From Acanthaster planci (lineage: Eukaryota), in NCBI RefSeq assembly GCF_001949145.1, contig NW_019091359.1, positions 1,500,540 to 1,564,539 on the forward strand: 64,000 nucleotides of DNA, written 5' to 3'. The notes under the pieces are model-generated. The model ran no database searches, had not been told where the DNA came from, and was given only the letters and a program-made list of their open reading frames with translations. This document shows, piece after piece, positions 15,401-27,342 of this stretch; positions within the stretch are counted from its first letter, which is position 1, and each line of letters opens with the position of its first letter. Both the position numbers and the translations under genes were made by a program.

Positions 15401-16838
15401 ACAAACATTTCTGACAAAAAGTTGCTTGCTCGCTTATTGCCATGCTGTCAAAACAAAACAATGCCAAAGAAAAGGAAATTTACAACAGTAAAATATGGTT
15501 ACAGAAAATTCAGTAGTTTTTGTGTACTAGTCAATGAAACACTGGGATGACATCACTGTTTTGCTCATGAATATGGAAATTCACATTAGCATAACCACAA
15601 AAAAGCTCTTACATTTAACTCCAAGTTAGCAAAGCAAAAAGTGAAAAATAGGATTCAGTGAAACACACAGGTGCAGTTCCGAGGTTTATCTACATGTATA
15701 CCGTAATTACAACAATTGTGTTTCCTGATCCGTTGGTTTATTGACAAAAGCAACGCTGCTTGTGTACAGAGGTTGAAAAGACGGTTACAGTCAAGATTTG
15801 AGTCAGATGATTGTAAGGAATAAACTTACCCGTACTCAATGCACGGGCCATTGCACATGAACAATGGCATAATAGAACAAGGAGCAAAGCTTTGACAGAA
15901 GCATAATTGCACCCATAAATAACCAGCAGAAACAAGGGAATAAATTAATGTGTGCATGCATGACCTGTAGGTCTACTGTTTGGAGGTGCTCAAACTACAC
16001 TGTACATATATGTACAAGCAAAATGCGGGTTTACCAACCACTACACCTGCTTCTTCAAAACACACTTTGAGTTCCACTGAGACAGTAATCAGGTCATTGC
16101 AGCTTAATCACAAGTCCAAAATACAGGTCATCACGTCTGGACGCAAGCCATTTAAATTAAAAACTCCCATACAGTTATTCATCTGTCATTTGTCATTTCT
16201 CAGCAAAATGTTGAGCTCTTGATAATTTTGTCAATATTCTTAAAAAAATTGTTCTCAAAGAAATATAAGATAATACGGTAAGTTGATTTTTTTACACTGC
16301 TCTAAACCTGTAAGACTAAAAAAATGCATAAGAACTTCCAGAAATGGGAAAAATGGAACTTTTGAAACAAGGTGTCAATAGCCAGACTAGTTTTCTGGTC
16401 ATGTTAAGACTGCAATGCAAAATCTTCTGACAACTAGCAGTATTTAATTGCCTTTTGAATGGAAACTGCAAGTACATACAACCTGCACACAAAAATAACA
16501 ACATAATGAATTTGAATATAACCTTGACTGGCAAGATACATGTATGTATGCCGGTATACCAGTATAGGTAGCGAAACCCATCAAATATTGTAATCCCCCC
16601 CAAAAACCCCACAAAAGCCAGAAGTAAACTACACTGTACATGTACATAAAGTTAGCAGTTCCTTCTTCTTTGGAATAAATAACTTACAGTGTTTCAAGAC
16701 CAGACTGGTGAGCTCTCTGCAGGCCTCGCCCAGGTGCCGAGGATCAAACTCGTGCTTGAGCCTCAGCAGAAGGTCTAGCGCCCTCTGTTGATAAACAGTG
16801 AGCAGACTGTCGTCCTGGCATGCCTGGAGACTGGCCAT
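329..16838 (-). CDS. LRRK2: LRRK2-like leucine-rich repeat kinase, 5' part (armadillo region); gene continues beyond position 1
   Basis: Nine GT-AG exons join in frame: 16838-16688, 11931-11840, 6333-6254, 4844-4756, 4099-3971, 3477-3346, 2528-2403, 1713-1594, 444-329. The protein MASLQACQDD...DLLLRL...ADIQQ|AGHEAL...NVHQ|DVLEIMSKH...QNFPDDAGLQKVANQAL...VQVDFVDSKKHHPIITAL...MRSFPNVEGVQ...WLPDVFMGLTLHLDNVDCQ aligns by eye, repeat by repeat, with the vertebrate LRRK2 N-terminus (MASGSCQG..KLIVRL..SVQQ|VG..GVHQ..HSFPANDEVQKLGCKAL..). Confidence 0.85.
630..1550. repeat. ~42-bp minisatellite spanning the assembly gap 701-1505
   Basis: Unit aatgtgggaaccctgcttaatgcaacgaaatgcaacatagtc is present on both sides of the gap. 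Confidence 0.8.
1594..1713 (-). CDS. LRRK2: LRRK2-like coding exon 8 (120 nt)
   Basis: TAG acceptor, GTAAGT donor; encodes ESQQLLEVNGASQLVLSGIRTFRQSTDIQTLGFSILTKL. Confidence 0.8.
2126..2372. repeat. Degenerate 11/22-bp tandem repeat (gacttgtggctggattgtgatt)
   Basis: Directly visible; explains the low-complexity ORF 2062..2385. Confidence 0.75.
2403..2528 (-). CDS. LRRK2: LRRK2-like coding exon 7
   Basis: TAG acceptor, GTAAGA donor; encodes EENYDILLQENHKLLVTAMRSFPNVEGVQTAGFAFMKAVAIN. Confidence 0.85.
3346..3477 (-). CDS. LRRK2: LRRK2-like coding exon 6
   Basis: ttttctgtag acceptor, GTATT donor; encodes DSSVQVDFVDSKKHHPIITALRNHPGDPGVQEEALWLLAVLADS. Confidence 0.85.
3971..4099 (-). CDS. LRRK2: LRRK2-like coding exon 5
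   Basis: AAG acceptor, GTAGGT donor; encodes NICNTLMEEQILESVVQTMQNFPDDAGLQKVANQALRQLLAE. Confidence 0.85.
4756..4844 (-). CDS. LRRK2: LRRK2-like coding exon 4 (89 nt)
   Basis: TAG acceptor, GTGAGT donor; encodes DVLEIMSKHTTDSGVQTAAMKVITFLAMS. Confidence 0.85.
6254..6333 (-). CDS. LRRK2: LRRK2-like coding exon 3
   Basis: CAG acceptor, GTGAGT donor, phase 0 to 2 as required; encodes AGHEALSAMMSVSNKLRDLIQKRNVH. Confidence 0.8.
9555..9915. repeat. 32-bp minisatellite spanning the assembly gap
   Basis: gcctcctatgcaggtacttgtac occurs before the gap and twice after it. Confidence 0.8.
10070..10420. repeat. Degenerate ~150-bp tandem repeat (about 2.3 units)
   Basis: gtatctgcaaag, tatagggctt, gcacctttaa and gtcatgtgactt each recur. 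Confidence 0.6.
10512..10862. mobile_element. MITE with ~50-bp terminal inverted repeats
   Basis: ccctaaccccctagggggcatgtaaaattatattgaaatccgaggatt matches the reverse complement of the right end, ccctaaccccctgtggtgcatgtaaaatcatactgaaatctgaggatt. Confidence 0.8.
11840..11931 (-). CDS. LRRK2: LRRK2-like coding exon 2
   Basis: ttttccag acceptor, GTAGGT donor; encodes DCVQILEDYHAHRPVMDMMEHRTYEADIQQ. Confidence 0.8.
12127..12385. mobile_element. hAT-type MITE with perfect 8-bp TSD
   Basis: TIRs caaagattgtgtagcactgcgcagcggcgcaagatgg / ccatcttgcgccgttacgcggcactatataatctttg; GTTGAAAC is duplicated at 12119-12126 and 12386-12393. Confidence 0.88.
16688..16838 (-). CDS. LRRK2: LRRK2-like coding exon 1 (151 nt)
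   Basis: ATG at 16838, GTAAGT donor after 16688. A polypyrimidine-CAG acceptor at ~16924 implies an upstream non-coding exon. Confidence 0.8.
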
Positions 16839-17497
16839 TGCTGCCAGTAAGTCAGCGCACAGCTACTAATAGGACCAGTGTGTAGTGATCAACGGATCTT
16901 GCATCGTACATGTAATCAGTGAGCTGCAGAGGAAAACAAGAACGGGACAATCAACAGTTAAGATGGGAACAAGATTGTTTTAGACCCCCCCCATCATTGG
17001 AGGTTGCATGCTTCTTACAAGAAAATGTAACTTGTAATGACAGATGTTTTACAAATGTGCCATCATGGACTCTAGTTATTTGGCAGAGGGCTTGCTTCTG
17101 GAACTTACACTGTAATTAATATGCTTTTGTTTGGGGAAAAATAAGCTCATCATATGCTTCTGTGTGCTATGAGCCATGACCAAAAAAAAAATTATGTTAA
17201 CACTTAACCCACAAAACAGTGGACTAACTGATTAACACAAATTTTCAGATACACTTTGGTGAGAACAGCATGTATTTTGTGCCTGATAAGGAAACAGGCT
17301 TGGTCTCAAGAAAGGAAGCAATACACATGAAATTAGGCCAATCGGCAGCCCATTCAAACTTGATTTATATGATAATGTAAACCAACCACAATCAAAACTG
17401 GTCATTAGCCAAACCTACATGTATACAAAGGACCATTGCCAAGCCAGAGAATGCTACCAATATAACAAGCTGTCACAACATACGTGTACATTACCTC

Positions 17498-18032
17498 CAA
17501 TAAGCCTTTGTGAGTTAAATTTGAAGAAAATCTGGTACACTGAGTTATCTGATTGCACATTAACATACTGATTTGAATCCCCCAGACTAAAGACACTGTT
17601 GCTACACCTAGTGANNNNNNNNNNNNNNNNNNNNNNNNNNNNNNNNNNNNNNNNNNNNNNNNNNNNNNNNNNNNNNNNNNNNNNNNNNNNNNNNNNNNNN
17701 NNNNNNNNNNNNNNNNNNNNNNNNNNNNNNNNNNNNNNNNNNNCTCCGTGTCATACCTTGCTGCATATACCTAGTGATTCGGGGCAAGCTTTTGCATAGC
17801 GACCACCATCTCTGGAATGGACTGGTTCCTTTGTGCCCTTCTTATCCATTGAGAACAGTGTATTGGTACAAGGTATCGCTTATAAATGCAGATGTAAAGC
17901 AAAAACTTGACCTGAATTACATGTACAAGATATAGCGACAGTGTCTTTAGTATAGAGAATTCAAATTTCCATGTCCACGTGAACTTAAAGAACTCAGTGT
18001 ACCAGATTTTATTTAAACTCGCAAAAGGCTAT
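17498..18032. mobile_element. MITE, copy 1 (interrupted by gap); same family as 36146-36503
   Basis: TIR gagttaaatttgaagaaaatctggtacactgag / ctcagtgtaccagattttatttaaactc; internal gattcggggcaagcttttgcatagcgaccaccatctctggaatggactggttcct is shared with copy 2. Confidence 0.8.
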
Positions 18033-21000
18033 GTGTATTTAATCAGATCACAGCTGTGCAGATGTTCAAGAGTAAAACTTGAGCCCAATTGTGGGTTTGG
18101 AAAAAAACTTATTCCATTGGCAAAGTCCCTCGGTAACATATTCCAAATTCCAGTTGACAAATATTCAGAAGTCTATTTACAGGTACAATGTATAAGTTTC
18201 GTCAGAGCAAACGAAATTCCCAAGTAAACAAACAACATTCTAAATATTCTCTTTCAAAGAATCTTTTTGTGTTAGTGTAAACACAGAGGCTATTTGAACC
18301 ACAGACTGACAGCCAGCCGGCCGCACTCAAGGGAAGTCATGTGATGGTGAGTAGATTGTATAACCATCTGCGTTAGCAAACTTTTGTCTTCATCATGTGA
18401 CTGGCATCACTGACTTCATTCTATTTTTTGATGAGGGGCAAAGTTCTTCTTAACACTTAGTCACACAGTTTTGCAAAAAGAAAAAAAAAAAGGGAGAGAA
18501 AGAAATAAAAAATCAAACGGGAGAGACTCGAACCCTGTTTATAGTTTTCACTGCCTCCTTCCCCTGTTTTGACACAGTATCAGTGCAAATCCGTGAATAA
18601 TAAGAAGTCTCCCTCAGAGTTTAGACCTTTCAAATAATTACAACAGAGCAACAGACCTTCACAAATTGCATGCATCTGTTTAAAGATGAATTACATGTAT
18701 CGGTACGGCAGCTGTACCCAATTTGCTTTACAAATTCTTTGTAGAAGAAAGTCAAGCTTTGTTAGGACCTATTCAATATTTAATATAATTTACATGTAGT
18801 TGATGCACTAACGACTTTATGAGTTTTCAAACAATGGGAGTTTGCATTATCAAGGTCTTATGCAGGCCGAGCATGAAATGCATTAATGTACTGTACTAGT
18901 GGCTGAGTTTCATCTTTGGAGAGAGGTTCATGCCTGTCGTGGACAGCCACTGTTCTCTTTTCAGAGCAGTCTTACAGAGGCTGTGTCTAAGTTTGTTGTC
19001 TAGAGCTAGGTCTACCGTAGGTCTTAAACTCCATTGGAAACACGTGGAGATGCAAAGACAATTGACCAACATGTACTATCAGTTGCCATAGCCCTGTTTC
19101 AAATACAGCCAAAGTGTGACAAGCAGGGGGCATGTTTTGTTGCTAAATCAGAAACAAAGCAGTAACCAGGAACATTTTTAGGGTGGTCAACAGAAATGAA
19201 GAATCCAGAAATGATTACATCATCCAAGCAACGTATGTACATGTACATGTAGTAGCTGATGATATTGTTAACAAACGCTATTTTCACTCAATGTGCAGAA
19301 AGTTTCTCACAATTTCTTCTCTCTCTTTTCACATTCTAGAAGAAAGTGTACCAGCACCTTGAGCAACGAATTCAGGAATAGTGCTGTGTTCCCCCGATAT
19401 TGGGATTAATACATACCGGGGTCAACAATTAAAATCACGGCAGGAAGCAGGACTTTCGGGTGACAGTAAGACTCGGGTTCATTCACAACTTCTTCCTTTG
19501 ATTATGCACAGTAGAATAAGTAACAAAGGTGGCTTCTGTTGATTCATGGTAGCGTACAGTATTGCAACTAAGGCTTAACAGTATCGGACTATTTACTACC
19601 AGGCAAGGCACACCTGTGAAGTTTAACAACTGACCACGGGGTGGAAGTTCCGTCAGACGGACTGACCGTAGCGTGAGTGGGCTGCTAAGGCTCCGCCAGC
19701 CACACAGCTACGTGTATGTGTGGCGGACCAGCATAGGGCTCCTACATGTACACGTACCGGTACCTCGTACCGCACAACACTCTGTTGCCCATAACATGTA
19801 TCCCACTGCACAACAATGTGTGGTCAGTGTCGGACAACAACGAGTGGTCAGGCCAGGGAGCAAGACGGCAAGAGTGAGGAAATCCTCGCCTTTTATAGAG
19901 AATTCAGGCTTCTCATATCATGAATATACACGCAACTCCCAAATTAGAGGAATAACCAATGAGGATTACCCTGCCACTGTCTCTAAGCAGAGTGTGTGCA
20001 AATACAGCATATATAATGCCAAATGATGCAACGTCGGTGCAGGTCACATGCAAGCAGCCTGGCTGTGCTGCATGATGGAAGTGTCTCCCACCCGCGTGGC
20101 AGGAGGGTGGAGCAAGAACAGAGTGGCAAGATGCAGGGCAGGTCAATCATGCTATGCATAATTCATATATGGCTGCAAGGGTCAAATGCGATGCACAATT
20201 CTGGCAATCATGCAGCAAGACAAGGCGTGAGATAAGGCTCAACTGCATTCAATAGTTTTATGCACAACGAAGCTATAGTAATTAAGAAAACTCTTAGGCA
20301 TATACACTGTATATATATAAGTGCAACATGAATGAATAACAGTAATTTAGAGCCACGCAACAATACGTAAACTTCTTTTTTGGACAAAGAAATACTGCCT
20401 TTGTATTCTCCACCATTTATGATCCAGCACTGAACAAACTCCAACTTTCGGTTCTTGTTCAGTCAAAACAATGGCATCACGCACACATTTTTACTGAAGT
20501 CGCTAAAATGCCCAACCAGAGAAAACGACCTTGTAAAGGTAACAGGAAGAATGTTTCTGGTAACGCTTGGTCGGGAAAACAAACCCCCGGTATGTGGATA
20601 TTCCACTCACTGAACAAAGCACAATACATTGCTAACGTTGAAACCAGATACCAGTATGACGTAAACAACATTAATGGCACAAAAGGTTCCCAGATTGAAT
20701 AAATTTCCTAACAAAGTAGGGATCAATAGAGTACATTCAACCAACCAACCAACCCTGAATTCAAAATGGAGGAAGAATTTTAAGCAGATACATGTAGTTT
20801 GTGTGGTAGTTACTGGTTTGTATAAATTTAAGGATGATTATGAAAATAGTACTCTTATACATAATATGATGCAGGTACATGAGTTTAAAACAGGGAAAAC
20901 TGTACTGGTAGACACTTGCATTAGGACAGTTCAAACTGTGTTAGTCCCAGGGTTTTTTCCTTCAAATTAAGGTACCATTCATTTCTCGGGTTGATGGCCT

Positions 21001-23909
21001 TCATTCAGGTTGGTTCATACTTTAGCTGAAAGCAAACACGAATTAGTGATTTCATGGTATTGGATCAAGTATTCGCACAGCCAATTCGCAGGAATGAACA
21101 CATTTCAAACCTTGAAAGTGAATTTTGCTGCAAACATTTTGTGATGTCATATTTGCATGACACTCATCTAAAGAACATGTAAACCAGCCTTCACTGGTTA
21201 AAAGCTTCCCGTTCTCATCACATGTACATGTACCTCACGGTCCAGGGACTGCCAGGAAATTGTTTGAGGAAACCGACAGTCCAACAAACCTGCCGAGGCC
21301 TGAGGTCAGAAAACAAGATTTTGTCAACAATACGTGTAAATGTATCGTTCAAATCAGACTCAGTGCTAAGCCTTTTTGATCAATGCCATCTTGAACAACA
21401 AACACTGCACATGCACATGAACATATAAGGTACTTTCCAGAGACCTAGGGTAAAGGAGAATGGTACACTCTATTGGTACATGTAAATTTGCATAACAAAG
21501 TGAAGCCGATTGGGAACAAAATTCGTCCAATTTCCCGTGAGGCAAACATTTGGGCTGGACATTCCACAAAACACCAGCCAACTCTCAAGACACAAATCAC
21601 GTTCTCACTTTTCAGACAAAAAAAAATTGAATAACATGAACTGGGGAGCAATGTTGAATGTACAGTGTGCTGAATTAATGCATGCGAGTTAGTACATGTA
21701 GATACATGTATGCAACAAAAAAAGAATTTACTTGTCATTGGCAATCACACAACTGTTAATGTTGAGGCCAGCTTGGGAGAACCATGGAGGTACATGTACC
21801 ATAGGAAAACTTCACTGACTACCGATCCATACAGTGCTATATAGAGTACATATGTCAATACAGTATACAGTAAATGTACATGCGTAACAGATGACACACT
21901 GAAAAACTACATGTACATGTACATGTAGGCCCCTTCCCCCGTCCCTGCTGGTACTGCAAATTGTGTAAGCTGACATCCTTTTTTACTGACTGCCTTCGAT
22001 GGGCCCCGAGGTGCTATCACAAATCTGGAATCATCCCTATCCACCGGGCCCGAGGAGGATCAGGAGAAGGCGCAATTTTCCTAGCAATGCAGGCTAATTC
22101 GGTGGGACCTGCACTTAACGTTAATACACGTTACTGTCACGTCACTACTAACAAAATGGTTTTGGAGAACTGTCACCGACTGTTTGGCATAATCAGTCTA
22201 CCAGCAAGATCATGCGATTCTATTTTGTTCTCAGTCGATCCTGAATGAAACCTCCTCCTGTAGGCTTCTTCCCTTAGTGAAGCAACCTGCCACAAGCGTG
22301 ACTTGGAAAGAAAAGGCGGCTGACCAGCAATCTGTGCAGTGAGGTCGACAGATCACACAAAGTCTAGTTTGGTCTAAGCATGCAGATCCTGATCCAAGTC
22401 AGCGTCGGTTGATCAATCATGTCCATTGTGGTCTGCCATATCTGCACGATTGCGGATCGCCTGATCGTGTGCTCTGTTCAATTCCATGTCAAATCTACAA
22501 TTTAACTTTACTCCCCTTTTTACATTTTTTCACAACCGTGATGCGATTGGCTGATGGTGGAATTATCGACAAATGGTGCAGTAATATAAGATCGACCATT
22601 GACCGATTGCGCGAGGACCGGGCGATCGTGCAGTATCAACCGATCGCGCCCTTGCTCATGTCAGGCATGCTGCCTGGGCTGTCAATTGTTCTTATCTTAG
22701 CTGTGGAAAACAAAAAAGGCAATTGCCCGGCCACAATGGCACTTTATTTACCGTTTTTGTCCCGGCTAGTGGTGAAGATGAGGTTTCTCATTTCAGAATC
22801 ATCGACCGGTGCTGCTCCAGGGCACGAGCATCGCAATAAAAGCTGCTTGGACTGCGATGGACCTGACATTTGACGGTTTTGCCGGCGCGGCGCCAACAAG
22901 GACAGCTGGGTGATGTTTTGATGCCCCACACATAATATTATGGCATGAGACAGTAGTCTTGGTTTCAAGACGTTAGTGCTTGATAGCGGACACAGTGCAT
23001 TGTGCGCCCCCTAACGACACATAATTAGACTGTGCGCCAGATCGCACTAGTTGCGCGAGGGCACTCTATGGCGAGGGCGCTCTTCAACAAAAATAAATCA
23101 ACTATCGATCACTGACGCCTTGGGCCAAGACTAACAAGACAGCGGAGCGCTTACACTACCTAGTCTTATTTCCAGTCGCTAATTGTCGCACAATTTAGAT
23201 CGCTAGCGCAACGGCGTACGTTTTAATTAAACAAATACCCATGTACCAGTACCATGTAAAGCCAGTCCGTGGCTGTGCTGGAACATGTAATAGCCAACGA
23301 CGCTTCTTTACGGCGGTCATGTGAAGGTGGACACGAATCACCGCTGAATGTAAGAAATTTTTGAAAAATTACATCATACACTAGCCTACCCCACTGCAGT
23401 TAAGTCATGGTGGATCCCTAAAAGGACATGGGGCATGTCCCACTCGAGGCCTCTCCCCGTGTGCACCCCCCGGTCAGAAGTTAGAGAAGAAAACGATAGT
23501 AGTCCTTATTATTCTAACTGTGACAGCATTTACGGAGTGCCTCCCCTGGAGAATGAGTACAATACCCAAGTGCTAGTACTTGTACTATAGTGGGATGACC
23601 GAACCAATGAAGGTGAACAGCGACCTCGTGCGGCAAGTGTGATAGACAAAATCATTTCAGTTGGCGAAAATTTTCGCATACCCTGGGTAAGCAGACAGCT
23701 TGAATAAAGTCTAAAATTGCAGCTCAGGATTTTTTTTGTCTTATCAAGATTTTTTTTGATACATCCTACTTTTACTGCAGAAGTCTACACTTTGGGATAG
23801 GTGTTCACCAACAAAAGTATTAAACTGCGACATTTGAATTAGCCTATTTGAGTTATGGTGGTGACAAGGAAAACGCTACGTTTGGTGCGGATAAAATATT
23901 TTGTATATA

Positions 23910-24510
23910 TCGTAATTTTCAGAATAAGCCGAGGCTTATATACGTTGATTCTCATGCTGAAAAGTGTCTGTGCGGCTTATACGCAAACGTTGAAGGATAT
24001 AGTCACAAAAGTGGGGCCCGGGCCACGCATACCAGATGCAAATAGCGCAGCCATGTTTTTTCGTTTTCGTTGGTTGCCGTTTACGTCTGATGACTCAAAC
24101 CTTGGAGAACAAATAAAGATTTGAGTTGTCCAGATTTCGAGTTACCGGAAGTCCCCGGGTAACGGAGTTATATTACAATACACATACATGAAATGTGTAC
24201 GTAATCTTAAACTTTACTTTCTCTGCTGTGGCAACATTTTATTCGAGATTATTTTCCCGCTTTTTCATTCTCATGGTGCATTTTTTGCACATAAATAATT
24301 GTTTTAGTGAGATTTAATTTTTTTATTGTTGTTACCTAAAAGTTTCTTTCTACCGTTAAATAAAAATCAACCGCTTCGTGAGGCAAATCTTTCGTCTTTT
24401 CGTCAAATCTTTCGTGTGCAACTTATATGTGGAATTTAATTTGCCGATTTTTTGAGTGTGCGGCTTATTATGGCTTATATACCGCGCGGCTTGTATTCCG
24501 AAAATTACGG
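23910..24510. mobile_element. Tc1/mariner-pogo-like (CCGTA-terminus) non-autonomous element
   Basis: Left cgtaattttcagaataagccg; right cggcttgtattccgaaaattacgg; subterminal gcggcttat repeats. Confidence 0.7.
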
Positions 24511-25723
24511 ATACATCAAAATGTATTCTTCCCTTTCCAAATAGCGCCCTCCATGCTTCAAGAAGGCTAATGGACCCTTGCACGCCTTATAGCAAGTCTA
24601 ATTCTTTCATTTTACCGGCTTTTTAAAACTCATCAGTAAAATGCAGAGGTTTCAGTCTAACATAATGGTTTTGTGGTTAAGGTCATTTGAAGTCCACGGG
24701 CTACACGCGTGCCCGGCAGCCCGTTTGCATTGAGCACATCAGTAGCCTAGTAGGCCTATTTTTTTTGGCTGATCTCGGAAACACAGTCGCAGCCGTGTGG
24801 AACGGTATACCTGATTTTCCCAAACTAGTGTCAAAATTACCACAAGAAGTTAATGGAAAAAAATTCGAGAAGGCGCTGTGTGTAAAAAATCGTGCCTTCG
24901 TCTCTTTTAGGGTTAGATCATGACCCGGTTAAAAAATCGTGGTATTGTGAAATAGTTCCAGACATGATGATGTCGTAGGCAAAGGCTCAATCCCCGATGC
25001 AGTTGTGTGATTCAAAGTCCTTCAATGGCCGTGATTGTCTGAGCTCGCCGAATGGCTCGATTTCGTCCAGGCCTCAATTTAAAATAAGTCACCACGAATT
25101 GCATAGTCTACCGAAGCTCTTTGTGCTGGAAATCTTTTCGAGTGAAGCATATATCTTTACATGCATATGCGTACCACGTTTCAAAACGGTCAAATGTTTG
25201 ACAGTCGAGTCTTGGCTTGAGATGGTCCGAACAAAAATGTAATTTCTGTGCTTTTGTGTGCGACACCTCGAAAAATACATTTTAAAGTTGAGCTGATAAG
25301 TTTCAAGGACATCGTTGGTTATGAGCTTTCTAATGAGAATCACATGAAAAAATGAGTCCACGAATAGTAATCAAATAATCGGTTCTGTTTTTGAATTAAG
25401 AGTGTCCCGCTCCTCATTCAAATTAGAAAGCGGGTGGTAGTTATCGTTGCACAAGAGCTTCCCAACAGACTGAATATAATTTCCAAAAGCTGCCCTTGGA
25501 CCAGGCCATTGGAGGACGCACCCATTTTGTGCGAATGTGGTGTATGAGAAATCTCAACACAACGAATCATAATGCAACCGCTCGCGCGCGCGCATCGCGT
25601 ACCTATCCAGGTAGCAAGTGCGACGTCACTTCAGTTTAAACCACGCCCACTGCACATTAGTGCTGCACGGAACCATGGAACCAGAAATTAACGTGCGACT
25701 TCAGTGTTAATTCAATGCCCCTG

Positions 25724-25834
25724 CAGTGGCGAAGCTAGGATTTTACTATGGGGGGCACATGGGGGGGGGGGCACGGGGAATTTGTGGGAGGTGGGGACGT
25801 GCCCCAGCCCCCCTCCTCCGTGGCTACGCCCCTG
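25724..25834. mobile_element. Short GC-rich MITE (CAGTGGCG...CGCCCCTG)
   Basis: Inverted termini cagtggcgaagc / gctacgcccctg with internal G/C runs. Confidence 0.6.
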
Positions 25835-26557
25835 GTACGTCCGCGTGTATGACAAAGTCACTTACGGACCGGATAGGATTGGACAGAGTCGAAAAACGTG
25901 CGATGCGTGAGACCACGTCACCAAATATTTATTCAGATTTTGTTCACTTTTTAAGCTGTTGCATGTGCACTTTAGTGCAATACTAAAGAACAATTTTTAA
26001 ACTGCAAAGAGGCCTCCATACGAACAAGCAACTTTATTCCTTGCATGACATCACATTCCTTCAAAACTCGCTCGGAAGAGAAAAGCAAGAATAATACAGC
26101 TTTAATGAGCCGTATAGTATACATTTTTAGGTACAATACAACACCAATTATAGGGTAATATTTTTGCAAATGTTAGCCACCCATGCGCATACTGGGCAAT
26201 ATACATATACCTGAGGGGTCTATCCGCCTCAAGCGGGACCAAGAGAAGGCACTGATGTTCCTAGCAACAGAGCCTCCTGTGGTGGAAACTGCACTTCGCT
26301 GGTTTATGAAATACAGGCACTGCACTATACTTCCTGCTTTAAAAAGTTATAGTCCCATAGCCATTGCTAATTGATCGTTTATGGAGACATCGCTACCAAT
26401 TACAGCCATTCGCTTTCGCTAGAATTGATACTTCAACATGATAACAACCTCAACATCTCTATTTTAAACGTATCTCTGGGCTTGTCTCGATTAGAAATGT
26501 CAAGTTGCACCTGACAAAATCTGCTTAAAGTTTCTAAAATTAATTAGCTTTCTTGAG

Positions 26558-27342
26558 TCATTTGGCTCTCTGGGCCGCTTCAGCTTTGCTCTTTGCGGCA
26601 GCTGCATTGGCCTTCATGGCAGCAACATTGGCCTTTATGGCAGCGACATTGGCGGGTTTTTTCTGCCTCATTCTATTTTTTAAACCCAACGTAGATACCA
26701 CTCCCAAGTGTTTGAACAGGGGAGGTTGGACCACGAAGCGTTCCTTCTGAATGCGAAGGGCACCGAAGTACGCGAAGAGGTAATCTACGGGATCTTCCTG
26801 GTAGAATTGAACCAAGAGACGAGCCATGGGAAGGACGTCTTCGTCACGGAACAGCTTGCCGGAGCCAGTGGAACCGATGTCCAGCAACACCCAGTTGTCC
26901 CCGGAGCGATCATTGATAAAACTCCGGATTATTTGGAAGTATCCCGGGTTGGATACTTCCAGATCGTCGTCCATTTGCAGGAAGTAGTCGGACATACCGG
27001 CACAGTAGGCGAATAAGAAGACGCTGTCGATATTTTCCTTGGAGCGCCACTGCACTCGCTCCTCTGAATCGTCATAGGTATGCTTCAGGTTCGAGAAGGA
27101 GGGGTAGAAAGACCTCGGTGCTATGATGAGTTGCAAGAGGCCGCTCTGAATGTGCTCGGAGTACTTGGCTACCACTTTCAAAGCCTCTTTCCGACCTCGT
27201 TCGTGGTAGTCGCACGCAAACACGACGATCCGCATCTGCGACCTTTCGGTGTCGTTGGCGTTTTTTATGAAGGCTCTCAACGTCTGGTCCAAGTAGCTGG
27301 CATTCTTTCTTTCGGCTGTAGTCACGCCAATCGTCAGAAAGC
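26558..27342 (-). CDS. MGAT4-like A exon 4 (GT54 catalytic domain)
   Basis: Matches ORF 26558..27325 extended to the CAG acceptor; carries the GT54 motifs. Confidence 0.9.

Noticed and set aside
18516..18540. tRNA B-box-like GGTTCGAGTC on the minus strand
   Set aside because: No cloverleaf or A box; at most a SINE fragment.
22409..22968. 154-aa and 74-aa ORFs in CpG-rich DNA
   Set aside because: No recognisable domain or splice context; GATCG-rich sequence looks like a decayed non-autonomous element or promoter island.
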